Translations under genes and position numbers: made by a program
Shown: positions 50,429-62,059 of the stretch, one piece after another
How the letters are laid out: every line of letters begins with the position of its first letter
Numbering within the stretch: the stretch's first letter is position 1
Notes under the pieces: model-generated
The model's input: only the letters and a program-made list of their open reading frames with translations
What the model was told of the DNA's origin: nothing
Database searches by the model: none
Assembly (NCBI GenBank): GCA_008632985.1
Contig: QPGO01000076.1
Span: forward strand, 1-64,000
Reading direction: 5' to 3'
Source of the DNA: Psammoneis japonica
Taxonomy: Eukaryota
DNA: 64,000 nucleotides

Positions 50429-51774
50429 GGCTCTTGACACTAGGTGGCTTCTTGGAGGAAGGTTTGCTTGTGCTTGTCCTTTTCTTCTCGAGGAGGAAAC
50501 ACAACGCAGCGAGGAAAATTCACATCATTAGTACGAACAAAATGAATGATACAGAAGGTAAAATCACTCACCTCGTAACAGCAAGCTGGATTTGTGAAAA
50601 CGAGAGAATTGTGAAGCTCAAAATGAAATAACAACAAACGCAAGCGCGAACCGCGATACCCGCGAACAGCAAACCGCGAACCTGAAGCGAACGGCAAAAT
50701 GATTTGTTTCACACAACAACCTTCAAGCAAAAGCCGCTTGTGCCGGCACATAATTGCTGAATGCTTTGCATGTGAAGCCAGCTGCAAAGGATTTGTTGGC
50801 ACAGCGCCTCAAAACGGCACTGCAACACAGGGAGATGATTGCCGGCATGCATGCGATGGAATGAGGTGAACACAATTACGAAAGAGCTGTCGTGCTCCTC
50901 CTCCGGCCGGCGGAGCATTGATTTTTTATCCTTTGTTCATTTTCACAAATGAATGAGTGCAATGCACGCATGTCCAACAACAATGAGCAAATCCAAAATG
51001 TCACTGAAATGTCCTTCGAAGAAAGACACTCAGAAGAGTTTGTGCCGCTGCCTGCACATCATGCAGTGCAGTGTCAGCCTTCTCATCACTGGCACACAAC
51101 AAAAAAAGCAGACGCGTTTGAACAATGCACCATGGCACAATGTGCTGGCAATGTATGATGGTGTGTCTGAGAATCACCAGCCATGCTTTCCCCTTCGTCT
51201 CACGACAACACCTCTTGCACAGCCGCCTGGCCTCACTCTCCCGCTGCACCCACTCTTGCCCCGCTCGCTGGGGTGCGAGAGACTTTGGTGGTGGGTGGGT
51301 TGGGTTGGGGTTGGGGTCAGCCCACCCAGCACTTTTTTCCCAGTCTTCTCTGCTTTGCTGTCATGCTTTTTGCATCTCTTTTCAACTTTCCTGCTGGGCT
51401 GTGTGGCGGCATCTGTGGCATCCTCTTCTTGGCACTTTGTTCTTTCATGAGACTTTGCCACACCCCAAGAAAGTGTGGTTGCCACGAGTGAGAATGTCTC
51501 ACTTTTTTGTGGTGAAAACTCTTCTCCTGGCCCCTTTGACTGATTTGATGTTTCTTTTGCACCTCTCTGGGTTCAAATGACTCGCCCATTGCTGCTTTCT
51601 GAGCAAGTGTCTCCACTCTGTTGATGGTGTGACAACAACGCTGCTGCTTTGAGTTTGTGGCTCATTCTGAGCTTGTGTTTTCTTGGGGTTGACAAGGGTT
51701 GCCAGGAAAATGCAAACCCGGAAATCCGGGCAGAAATTGGGGAAAACACAAACCCGGAAATCCGCAAAAACCCA

Positions 51775-51960
51775 GACAAATTGATGACAGACATGGACAT
51801 GTCCGGAAGAACCACCACTGCCATCATTGCAAGGAGCACCAAGCACCACCGTCATTCCATCTGCTGACAAAGAAATGGATTGTCCCAAATTGTCACCTTC
51901 CACTTCTTGGAATCAGCTGACAATGAAACAGATTTTCCAGCTGAGTCACGGAGCGCTTTT
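51775..51960 (-). pseudogene. Hypermutated, rearranged 3' fragments of a propeller-gene paralogue
   Basis: EGDNLGQSISLSADGMTVVLGAPCND matches 47580-47700; 51909-51960 matches 47490-47543. Confidence 0.8.
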
Positions 51961-52099
51961 GTTTGTGCAAATGACATTTAGACAAATGACTGTGATCTCT
52001 TCTGCTCTTGACTCTGCAGTCCACATGTCACTTGGGGTGGAGTTGGTGGCAAAGCGGCAGCAAAAGGAGGTGATTCCCTGTCCACCAATTCTTCAGCAT

Positions 52100-54564
52100 G
52101 CTCCACTGAGAAGTGCGCGTGCTGCCAATTTTCTGCAGCTTCCCTGCAGAAGTGAACAAACTGTGTGTTTGTTGAATGGCTCAATGCCAAAGACACCACA
52201 AGTTGTTGAACAAACATCCAAGACAATGACCAACATCAGTCTTGCATGCTTTTTCCATGGTGTTGTTGTTGTCCCTTTCACACAGCTGAGGTCGTGTGAA
52301 CTCAAACTCAGCACTCGCGCATCCACAAAAAACAGCGTGCTTCTGTGCTTGGCGAAACAATGCATTGTCAGGGTCCAGGGCCAACATCAGCAATTGATGG
52401 ACAGAGAATGTGTGCTGTTTGCAGACACTGGTCTCTCCCTGCACTTTCAGAGCTGCTTTGCAGACACGACAACCATCATCATCTTCAACTGAAAAAGGGA
52501 GAATCAGTCTTGTTCCCCAATGTCCAGCCATGTCAACAAAGTCACCACTGCGCAAGTCAATCTTAGAGATCATCATTCAACAATTGAAAATCAGTGTCCA
52601 TCAGCAATGCAGTTCAACAATGAAAAAAGAATTTGCAAATTGGTGCGCACCGTGTGCCTGGGTTCTGTCTCGATCGGATCAAACCGTTTGTTTGGCTTCA
52701 GTTTTCTCATCATTCCAATGCAGACAAATTGCAAAAGCCAATGTGGGGTGCAACACCACAGAGCCACTCTGCCATTTTCTCTTTTGACATGCCGTGCCGA
52801 TCCTTCCACAAGTCGCAAGAACACTTGCATTCCAACCAAAACAATGACTGCTTTCAAGACTGTCTTGCACGTTGCTGCATTGCACTCAACTTTCCCAACC
52901 ACATCTTCTGAATCAAGGACAGACCAAAGAAACTCTTGTCCTTCTTTGTTCCAGGCGTTGTCCATGCTCATGTCTGTTTTGCAGTCTGGGTTCAACTCCT
53001 GTGTTGTTTCTTCGACAGTTGACTCAGCAATGGGCCGCACCTCTTCATGCAGCTCTTTCCATTTTGCAACTTTCAACAACACAGGCAACACTTGCTCCAA
53101 CTTGTTCAAAAACGGACGGGTTGGCTCTTGATTGCAGACAAACATTTGCGATTCCTTGACAATCTTGATTGCCCGGCTGCACGCAATTGTGATTGGGAGA
53201 ATTTTCTCTGAATCAATTGGTGGCAGAGGAACCAAACTTCCATCTTGGAGGGGCTCTTGTGATGGATCGGGATGTTGCACCAACTCCCGTAGAACCACAA
53301 TGTCTTCTTTCAACAAAACCTCTGGTCTCTCAGATTTCTCTAAAGCCACAGCCTTGCTTTTCTCATCGTGGTCCTCAACAATTGCACAAGCCTTTTCTTT
53401 GTCAAACTCATTTGGGTCATTGACAAAGAGCAATTGCTTGTTGGTGCAACTCTTTTCAAATGCATTGCGCTCATCATCATTTGTCTCTCTTGCTGCCAGA
53501 ATCATGAAATCAAGTTCCAGCCTGGCCATTTCTGCAGTCATCATGCTCTGACCATCCTTGAACACTCTTTTTCCATTTTCATCACAGGTCCCCATTTGAC
53601 AGAAATGTTCCTTTCCATTCTTTCTTAGATGGACATTTTGAAAGGGAATGAAGAGTGCTCGAAACTTCTTGTCTCCCACTTCACCGCAAGGAAAAAGCAA
53701 ATGGGAGACTTGCAAATGGTGCCCATCTGCAGATGGTCAAGATCCCTCTTCAACGATTTTACTTTGATGCAAATGTTCACCACTTCTTTCGTCTTGTGAT
53801 TGATGCAAGTGTTGTTTCCTTTTTGACTTGCATTCTCAGTGCATCCAAGTTCAACTGCAATGTTCTTCAACATTTTCTTGGCACAGGAGAATCCATCAGA
53901 ACCAAGCTTGTCAATCAAGTCCACATCAAGACTTCCATCCTCCTTGATGCAACCTTTTTGGCAAGAACGACTGGCTCATTTTTTGATCCAGTGGGTGCTC
54001 CATTGTTTTCGGAAGACACCTCATTCCAATGGCGGGTCTTCACTCTTTCCCTCAACTTCTTGCCCACTGCACATTTTAGAGAAGTCAGGTAAAATCAAAA
54101 AATGATCAGTTCACAAAAAATGTTCAAACAGCAAATTCATCGCGGGACAGACATTCATCATGCTGCAGACACTTGCACACGTTGTCCGCCTCAATCCTGT
54201 TGAGATCATTGACAAAAGCTCTTTGCAAAATTCTTGCTTCACCAATTCTCTCCCCATTGGCAGCAAAGAATGTGTCGCAATGATTGACCTTTTGTTTCAA
54301 ACAACCAAACTCTTTGGCAATCTCATTGAGCAGAGACACTCTTTCGTCTCTGCTTCTATGAAGTGAGCCAATCAACTCCATGTCAACAGAGTTGTCCTCC
54401 TTGACACTGCACTGTTTCGCGACCAGCACAATCTCTTTGTGTGAGCCAGTTTGTCCATTTGCAACATTTTTCACCACAGAGGCAGAAGCAGTGGTGGCAG
54501 CTGCAACAGGAGGAGCAGCGGCGGTTGTGGCTGCTTTCTCGATCCTGTGTGAGCAGTTTTCCAC
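52100..54564 (-). pseudogene. Degraded long gene (Tyr-free) with possible C-terminal HNH-endonuclease-like motif
   Basis: ORFs 54124-54564, 53625-53924, 52591-53715 (374 aa, no Tyr) and 52181-52576; FSVHQLLMLAL...DVGHCLG.LFNNLW resembles VHRLVA.AF...VDH..G...NN. Confidence 0.4.
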
Positions 54565-55622
54565 ACAAAGTTTTTGACGGTCTTAAGAGGTTTTCTCTGC
54601 CTTTTGTGACTGGACGGCTTTTTGTTGGGTGAGTGCTCCAAAGCCTCGGAAGCCTCTGAAGAAGATGAGGAATCCATTGTCTTTTGGCTTGAGCAGGCTG
54701 CAAATGCCGGTGTTGTTCATGAACAATGAGAGCAGCAACAGGCGAGTCATCCGATCTTTGCCAATTACCACTTGCCTGGTGCTGAGTGAGTTGCCAGTGT
54801 GTGCGGACCACGTCATGCAATTTCCACTTGCTGGGTGCCACCGCAAGCGAGAGAGCAGATCATCCAAAGCTGGTGTGAACAGCATGACTGAGCGAGACAG
54901 CCAGAAAACATTGAGAACCGACTGTGAGCGAAAGCAATGTCTCCATGGAGGATGAGGCCATCACAAACGAGCATCCCGAGGCTGCTTTGGTTGAATTTTT
55001 GTTTGCTGAATCAATGAATGTAGTTCGTTGTGCATCGAACTATCTTCTCAGGAAAGAACTGAAGATTGTTGATGAAATCTTTGGGATTGTCTAGAAAACA
55101 AGGAGCCAGTCATTTCTGCAATGACATCATTTCGTGACGGCATGATTGAGCATGATGGTGTGGACAAGGCCACCCACACGCTGATCCAAACAATTGATGT
55201 TGCTCTACAGAATCGTTTGCATTTCGCTGTTTGGCAAAAACAAGAAATCAAGGAATTGTTCTTCCAGAAAAAACTGCTTGAGAGCAAAGCCCACGATGTC
55301 TTCACGCAGGCAATGTTTGAATTGGAGACTGTCCTCGACATCATTTCCAGCTGGAATGCGGAAAGTGCCTTCTTGATGCACAAGGAGTGCACAGCTGAAT
55401 TGGAGGCATCCAAGAAATGGTTTGTTGAGAATCGGCGCTGCAAGGAATTTCAGGCTGTCCGCATCTGTGACAAATCACACTGCTGTGAAGAAATCCATTG
55501 CAGCAGCATGGACGATGAATCGTTTTTGACAGACCAAGTGGGCGACAAGCTTTGTGAATGAGAGGAAGAGCTAGTTGCATCAGTTGCATCTGTGAATGTA
55601 GAGGACACCTGCGGCACGTCTG

Positions 55623-55857
55623 TGCGACAACTCTCGTCTGAGAGCTGGGAGATGTTGATGGAAGGTGAGCAGCAATCGCACTGCCAGCAGCAGGGCTGAC
55701 AATGGCGATGGAATCGACAAAGCTGCCAATGTCTTGTTGCACTGGGTGTTGCAATTGTGAGCAGAAAAAGGGGAGAAGTTCTCCAAAAGAAGGGCGGGAA
55801 ATCGCGTGCGTGAGTGAAGAGCGCACGAATCGCGCATGAGTTCGCACTGTGTTGACA
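55623..55857 (-). repeat. 3' LTR
   Basis: Direct repeat of 61696-61930, preceded (minus strand) by the PPT. Confidence 0.95.
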
Positions 55858-55866
55858 CTCCCTCTC
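55858..55866 (-). promoter_or_regulatory. Polypurine tract
   Basis: GAGAGGGAG immediately before the 3' LTR. Confidence 0.85.
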
Positions 55867-55877
55867 GAACAAAGAAG

Positions 55878-58800
55878 CTGCCAACCACAAAGCAACTTGC
55901 AAATAGACTCAAATTTGACCGTGACGAGTCCTTTTGTTAAAATGTCAGCGCATTGCAGGTCTGTTGCGATCTTAGATGCAGCAATTCGGTTTGGTTTCAG
56001 CTGTGAACAAAACCAGCGACACTTGATTGCGCAGTGCTTGGACCTTGGCGTAACTTGGCCAGGTTCCATGTTAGCCAGAGTCAAGGCTCCAGCATTGTCC
56101 TCCCACACGGTGGTCCTGATGGTCTTGGTGGTCCCCAGACCAACTCCAATGCCTTGGGAGATGGCTTGCACAGTGCGAAGAAAGGGAAGGACAGTTTTCA
56201 TGCATGTGGAGAGAGAGCGCTGCACTCTGCCTCCATGGTTGAGAGTGCGATCTCGGGTGCAAGCTTGCCAGACCAGACAACAGGACAGTTTGAAATGCAA
56301 GCAACAAATCCTGTTCGGCTCTTGACACAAGCCGGGTCTTGCATGTCTTCATGCGGCCACAATCCAGCAAAATCTGAGTCAACAAAAACATCAATGTTGA
56401 AGTCCCCAGATGGCTTGAGGATCAAACCTTCCTCCAGTGCACCCTTGAGGCATCGGCCAATCCTCTCGAGGGCTTGTTCATGCAAGCAGTGCAGACTGTG
56501 AACAAATCTTGTGGCAGAGCTAAGTGCATGGGTGATGTCAGGCCTTGAATGGCCCTGGAGATGCTGGAGCATGCCAACAACACTGGCGCAATTGAAAGCT
56601 CCATTTGGTGGGTTTCCATCGGTGTCCTTGACCAAATGGGCAGCCAGTGCCCCCATGTTTGGGCCTTTGGCAGATGGCCCACATTGAGGGCTTCGACGAC
56701 ACGCTTGGCTGGGCCGCTCTGGGTGAGCTTGACAGTGCCATTGTCGGTGTTGCAATGGATGTGGACGCCCAAAAAACCTGCGACGGAATCCTCGACTTTG
56801 ATGGCCAGACCGCCATCAATTTTGAGTTTTTCAATCACTTCGTTGATGCACTCTTGCTTCAGTGAAAAGAACAATGTGTCGTCAACATGCACAAGGCAGA
56901 TGACCTCATCGGACACGAAAAGGCACGGATCAACATCATCTTGAGATTGAAATCCGACGTCTTCAAGTTTTGATTTGAGGTGCAGGAAAAAGTTGCGTGG
57001 TCCTTGCTTGAGACCATGCATGGTCTTCTTCAGTTGCAGCACTTTGTGTGGGGCTTTGTGTGACCGCGAGGCATTTGCATGAACACGCCAGAGCGTTCCC
57101 GTTCTTCAGGCATCATGGTGTCCCATTTGGGATCTTCATCAATCGGAGCATGCACGAAAGCCATGACATGATCAACTTGCTTCATGGAGAACTCAAGAAT
57201 TTGAGAAAGCATGAGCATCAGCCACGCTGTTGTCCAATTGACAACTGGAGCAAAGGTGTCAAAACAATCAACACCTTCCAATTGCTTGTCACCGCAGACA
57301 CAGAATTGGGCTTTGTGTTTCTGGATTGACCCATCAGGGTGCCGTTTGCATTTGAAGGCCCAAGTGGATGGCAGAACATTCATCCAATCTTGGCGGTCAA
57401 CCTCCTCCCAAGCATCTTTGCCGTTGACAAGGGAGTCAATTTCGACATCACAAGCCTTGAGATGGGCTGCACGATCGGGCTCACTCACAGCTTCTTCCCA
57501 AGCAGGGTTGTCGGCAGAATTTGCATTAGCTGCAAGAGCCAGAGGATGCATTTCTTCGAGTGTGCCGTGAACTTGATCGGTGTTTTTGTTGAAAAGGTTG
57601 ATCACAGCACGCAAGTCTTTTGATTGGAGTGCGTTTGTAACACTGTCCCACTTCTTTGGGGCCATCAGAAACTGCTTGTTGAGTGTCTCTGATTTGGCCA
57701 TTCGTTTGGGATTCTTGCAGGCTGCTGGCAACTCGTTTGGAGGAGTGCGAGTGTCAGCCATCATGGCTTCAACAAGGCGGTCCGGTTTCTTGATGGTGCG
57801 GCGCTGCGAGTCCAAGTGGCAGCAGCAGGAGCATTCGGCGCCGCTTCAGTGGGCTCAGCGATGTCTGAGCCAAGATCCAGGTCTTCAGGCAAGTCGTGAT
57901 GGTCAACTAGGGACAAATCGTTGTTGCTGTTGTCGCTGGACTCATCGATTTCGACTCCCTCTGGAGCCTCTGAAGTTGCAGATGCCAGATCATCGATGAT
58001 TCAGGATCAGCAGGAAGCGCTCCCTCTGGAGCTGTGATGGAAGAGGTTGGTTGAGGTTTAGTTTTGCCAGGAGAGGCGCGCTGTTGGCGGCGCAACTTCC
58101 ACGCCTGACGATGGGTCTCATGGTGGCGGCGCTCTTTGGGCATCAGCCAATCGTCATGCAGTGCGGGCAAGTGATGGCGAGGGTCCTCAGAAGGCTCGTG
58201 GTCAAGAGCGTGGTTGACCATGGAGTCAGCAGCAAGCAGGGACTCCCAAACGTCAGCGGAGAAAGGGATGTCCTGAAAGTGCCCCCCAGAGTCACTGTTG
58301 GGCACGGTGGAGAAGTGGTTGTTGTAGACCACATGGTGTTGAGGGCCAACACAGCCTGTCACAAGGTTGAGGATCAGGTCAATGTTCATGGAATGAGCCG
58401 GGGAGATGCCAAGGTGTTGGCCGCGATGGCTGCGCAGGTCCCACTTCGAAACTTTCTTGCCATCCTGCAGTTTGGGATCTAAAACATGCACAGGACAGCC
58501 CCACACTTGCAAGCACTGTAAATGCATGCAGGAATCAAAGCATTGCTTGGAATGGATCTCGACAGGAGCAGTGCGAGTGTCAACTTTCAGAAGATGATTC
58601 CACAAATGAGCGGCGTGAGTCATGGCAAAAGGCCAAAGTTCCAGATTGGCGGCATCAGGCCACATGAGGACGGCATGGAGCAACGCAGATCTTGCCCATG
58701 AGGTGGTGGTTTGAATGGAGCACTCAGCAATGCCGTTTTGATGATGGGCGCCAACACCAGAGAAGTCTGTTGTCTGGTGGTTCTCTTTGAGATCTTGCAT

Positions 58801-59300
58801 GAAGGCCTCAGAGCCAAAAGGGATGTTGTCAGCAAGGTGTTGCTTGACCTGGACCCCAAATTGGTCACCAAGCTGCTCAAAGGCACGCTCAGCACATGTG
58901 GTTTCACCTGCAGTGAGACCAACTTGATGGGTCAGGAACATGCAGCTAGAGGCGTGATCGACACTGGTTGATGGAAGACGGCCAGGGACGCGGCTGATGT
59001 GCTGGTCAACAGAGACGCATTGACCTGGAGACAAATCGCCCCCTCTCACAACACCATGGGCAGAGGTTTCGATGTGCTGCGGCGGTCCGGAGTGCGCCGC
59101 TTTTGTTTGGCCAGTTGACAGGCGGCACATGATGGAGGTGCACAACCTGCCACCATGTCAGATTTGGGTTTAAGGACTTGGGATTTGGTGGGATCCCTTG
59201 GGACAGCACTGAGATGTTGGATGTGTTGGAAGCCAGCGTGACCAAGTTTTTGATGAAGCAGCAGAAGCTCCTTTTGACCTGGACGTTGGATGAAGGAAGG
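55878..59300 (-). pseudogene. pol: Copia pol (integrase, reverse transcriptase, RNase H), frameshifted; protease not recognisable
   Basis: LHQKLGH...CAACQLAK; VDHAS; ADN..F; GAHHQNGIAE; WGCPVHVLDP.LQDG; WAFKCK; DTFAPVV.W; LKK.MHGLKQ.PRNF; CLVHVDD; VDSDFAG; ALSTMEAE; EDN.GA; ADILTKGL; LLCGW. Confidence 0.95.
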
Positions 59301-59709
59301 AACAAGTGGGGTCTCTTCGTGGGAATCGAACTGGATGACGGTCCAAACGACGAACTTGCACGTGATGACATGATTTGTGGTGCATCCGATGATGAAGAGG
59401 ATGATGATGTGGGCTGTGTTCCAAGGACAAGGTGACAACAAACCAAGGCATGTCATCGCATGAGAGCGAAGGATTCTTGGAAAAGAGCAGCAAGCAGAAA
59501 AACAACCCACCTGCTGAAACAAAAAGGAACTGCAAAATGGCAGAGACGGCTGCTTCTCCTCCCTCTGCAAGAATCTGGAGAGCAAACCACAAGAGGAGGG
59601 ACTGCACCGCAGTCATGCAAGCCTGGATGTCCCTTCCAGAAAAGGTTGTTTTGCTGAAAAGCGAAAAAGGGTGGGCTGCATGCTCAAAGAAGGAGGCGTG
59701 CCCGAAGCT

Positions 59710-61230
59710 TCAGGTGAAGGAAGCAAAGAGACCAGTGATGGTCTCGGCGACCTCGCGCTTGGCATTTGCAACAGCCACTTTGCGGTCCGGATGCAGAGCG
59801 GAAGCAGGGGCCGGGGCAGGAGCAGGTGCAGGAAGTGCTGGGGGCACAGTGGCAGCACCAGCAACTTGAGCAACAGGGCACAAGCGCTTGGTCTTGTGTC
59901 GACAGCAGTGATCTTCACCATCAATGTTGCGGCGACTGTCATTGTTCTTCTCGGCGTCAGTTGAGGGTTGCCATTTCTTGGGAATGGTCTTGGTTGGCTT
60001 GCCATCCTTCCTGGAAGAGGCATCGTTTTTGTTCTGAGCCCGTTTCACGTCAAAAAACAGTTTCTTGTTTGCACGCACTCGTGCATCGTCGACGGGCTGC
60101 TTGCAGTCGGAAAGAGGATGAGGGCCACCACAATTGAAGCAGTTGACTCCTCCAGCAACAAATGCGGTTGCATTCTTCTCAGCAGTCACGCTGGACCACT
60201 GGTCAGAAGATGCAAGGGCCGGGTGTTGAGCCTCCACGAATTCAAGGAGATCAGGCACGGATGTGGTGCTGATGGTCGGACCACTGGACTCAAGCTTGGA
60301 GATTTGAGAGTCCTTGGTGAGGTGGTCAAAAAGGGAATTAAATTCCGGGATGCTGGAGGTCTGGAACACCTTGGTGAGGTTTTCCATGAAATCAGAAGGA
60401 ATGACAGACTTGCCTTTCTGATCCTGGAGGTTCTGGAGTCGAGTGCATCCACCACGGATGAGTGAGACAACTTTGCCAACGTCTTCACCATCAAAATTGG
60501 TGATCTTGAGCAAGATCATGTTGGCGACCAAATGACGAGCAGCCTCCTTGGAGTTGCTCTGCAGGAATTTCATCACAAGCAAGAAAAAGAGAGGTCCGCC
60601 TTGTTCTTCTTGCGGATGCTTGAGGCATGTCTCGTTGACTTTCTCCTGGAGGGCACAAGAGGCGTTCCTCTCAAAACAGTCACAGGCAAGACGAAGGTTT
60701 TGGCTGGCTGAGGTCCCATCAGGGTCCTCGAGTGTCGTAGAGTGCCACTTGTTGCTCTTCACGACTTCGGCTTCGGTGATCGTCAAATGCTCGGTGCAAA
60801 GATCACGAGTCTTGAAGGTGACAGGATCGACAATTTGGAAAACATCGTCCACATCGCACTTGACGTGGTTCGACCGCATGGTCGAGATGGACATGGCCAG
60901 ATCACAAGTGTCTTCAAGTTTGTCCGGATCATTGATGTTGAAATTTAAGAGGTCAAAACGCGTCTGCAGTTTCGCAGCAGCTTGCTGGAATGAGTCATTG
61001 AGCTTGTCCGGGTCCAACTTGTTCCTCTGCTGTTTAGTGCAGAGAGCAGCAAGAGCATCCATGGACGTTTTAGGGGTCACGCGGACTTTGACTTTCCTGC
61101 TGTTTATCTCCACCTCAGCAGTCGTGGTGCTGGCAGGCGGAGTCGGCGGAGTCGGCGGACATGGAGGCGGAGTCGGCGGACTTGAAGGCGGAAGAGGTGG
61201 ACTCGCTGATGGGCTGGTCATGCGAGTCAC
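59710..61230 (-). pseudogene. gag: Copia gag-like ORF with zinc knuckle
   Basis: EQGGPLFF, FQTSS.PEFN..F, CFNCGGPHPLSDC; 506 aa without a single Tyr. Confidence 0.85.
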
Positions 61231-61681
61231 TCAAGGAAATGCAGGTTCTTTGGATGACGGTCAGCAGTTTGACCGTTGTCCATCCGGAAGTGAGCCCATT
61301 GTCAAGTTGTGCGGGTGACAGTGGCCTGACGGTCTCGAATTGTTGCTGTGCGACGAAAGTTTCAAACTTCGTTCGTCATCACAATGCGGTCGCCGACACA
61401 AAAATCTGCGACGGTCAGTTCTCTGTCAATGACAGGCCAAGATGGTCCGGCTCCAGCTCTGTCACGGTTCTGTCATTCGCGTTCAGATGCAATGCGATGA
61501 ACTGAGTCGGCTTCTTGCAGTTGAAGCTCTTGTGGTTGTTCAATGAGGTCGTCCAGTGTCTCAGAACTGCAATTGGACATCAACGTTCTGCACACAGAAT
61601 TGCACGTAAAAATGTACAGAGCTCAATTCTCGTCCACCGGAGAGAAAAGAGATGAGGCGCAGGAGTCGTCAAGCATGATGC

Positions 61682-61695
61682 TTGGGCTCCTGACC
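61682..61695 (-). promoter_or_regulatory. Primer-binding site (degenerate copia-type, half-tRNAiMet)
   Basis: GGTCAGGAGCCCAA directly after the 5' LTR resembles copia GGTTATGGGCCCA. Confidence 0.6.
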
Positions 61696-61930
61696 TGTGA
61701 CAACTTCGTCTGAGAGTCAGGAGATGTCGACGGAAGGTTGAGCAGTGATCGCATTGCCAGCAGTGGGGCTGACAATGGCAACAGAATCGACAGGGCTGCC
61801 AATGTCTTGTCACACTGGGTGTTGTAATTGTGAGCAGAAAAAGGGGAGAAGTTCTCCAAAAGAAGGGCGGGAAACCGCACGCGCAAGTGAAGAGCGTGCG
61901 AGTCGCGCATGAGTTCGCACTGTGTTGACA
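61696..61930 (-). repeat. 5' LTR
   Basis: Direct repeat of 55623-55857. Confidence 0.95.
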
Positions 61931-62059
61931 GTCTGGACTGGACACAGAATTGATTCCGCAATCCCCTCTGGAGAGCAGGAAGAAGAAAAAGAGTTCAAAG
62001 CAGAACTTCAAAAATGCAGGTGGGAAACATTGAAACTGCAGCATGTGATGATGTGTTTC

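Larger units (their letters stand above)
55623..61930 (-). mobile_element. Ty1/copia (CoDi-like) LTR retrotransposon with both LTRs, inactivated
   Basis: 235-bp LTRs with TG...CA ends; 5-bp TSD GTCTG at 55618-55622 and 61931-61935; PBS and PPT present; gag-IN-RT-RNase H order. Confidence 0.95.
55121..62034 (+). pseudogene. Unknown ORF interrupted by the copia insertion
   Basis: The frame of 55121-55561 continues past one TGA (probable CGA) and, after removing the element and one TSD, reads ...DTCGTS|GLDTELIPQSPLESRKKKKSSKQNFK. Confidence 0.45.

Noticed and set aside
55878..61230. Alternative genetic code or RNA editing restoring Tyr
   Set aside because: Changes also affect LTRs and noncoding flanks, are strand-symmetric and accompany frameshifts; neighbouring genes use Tyr normally.
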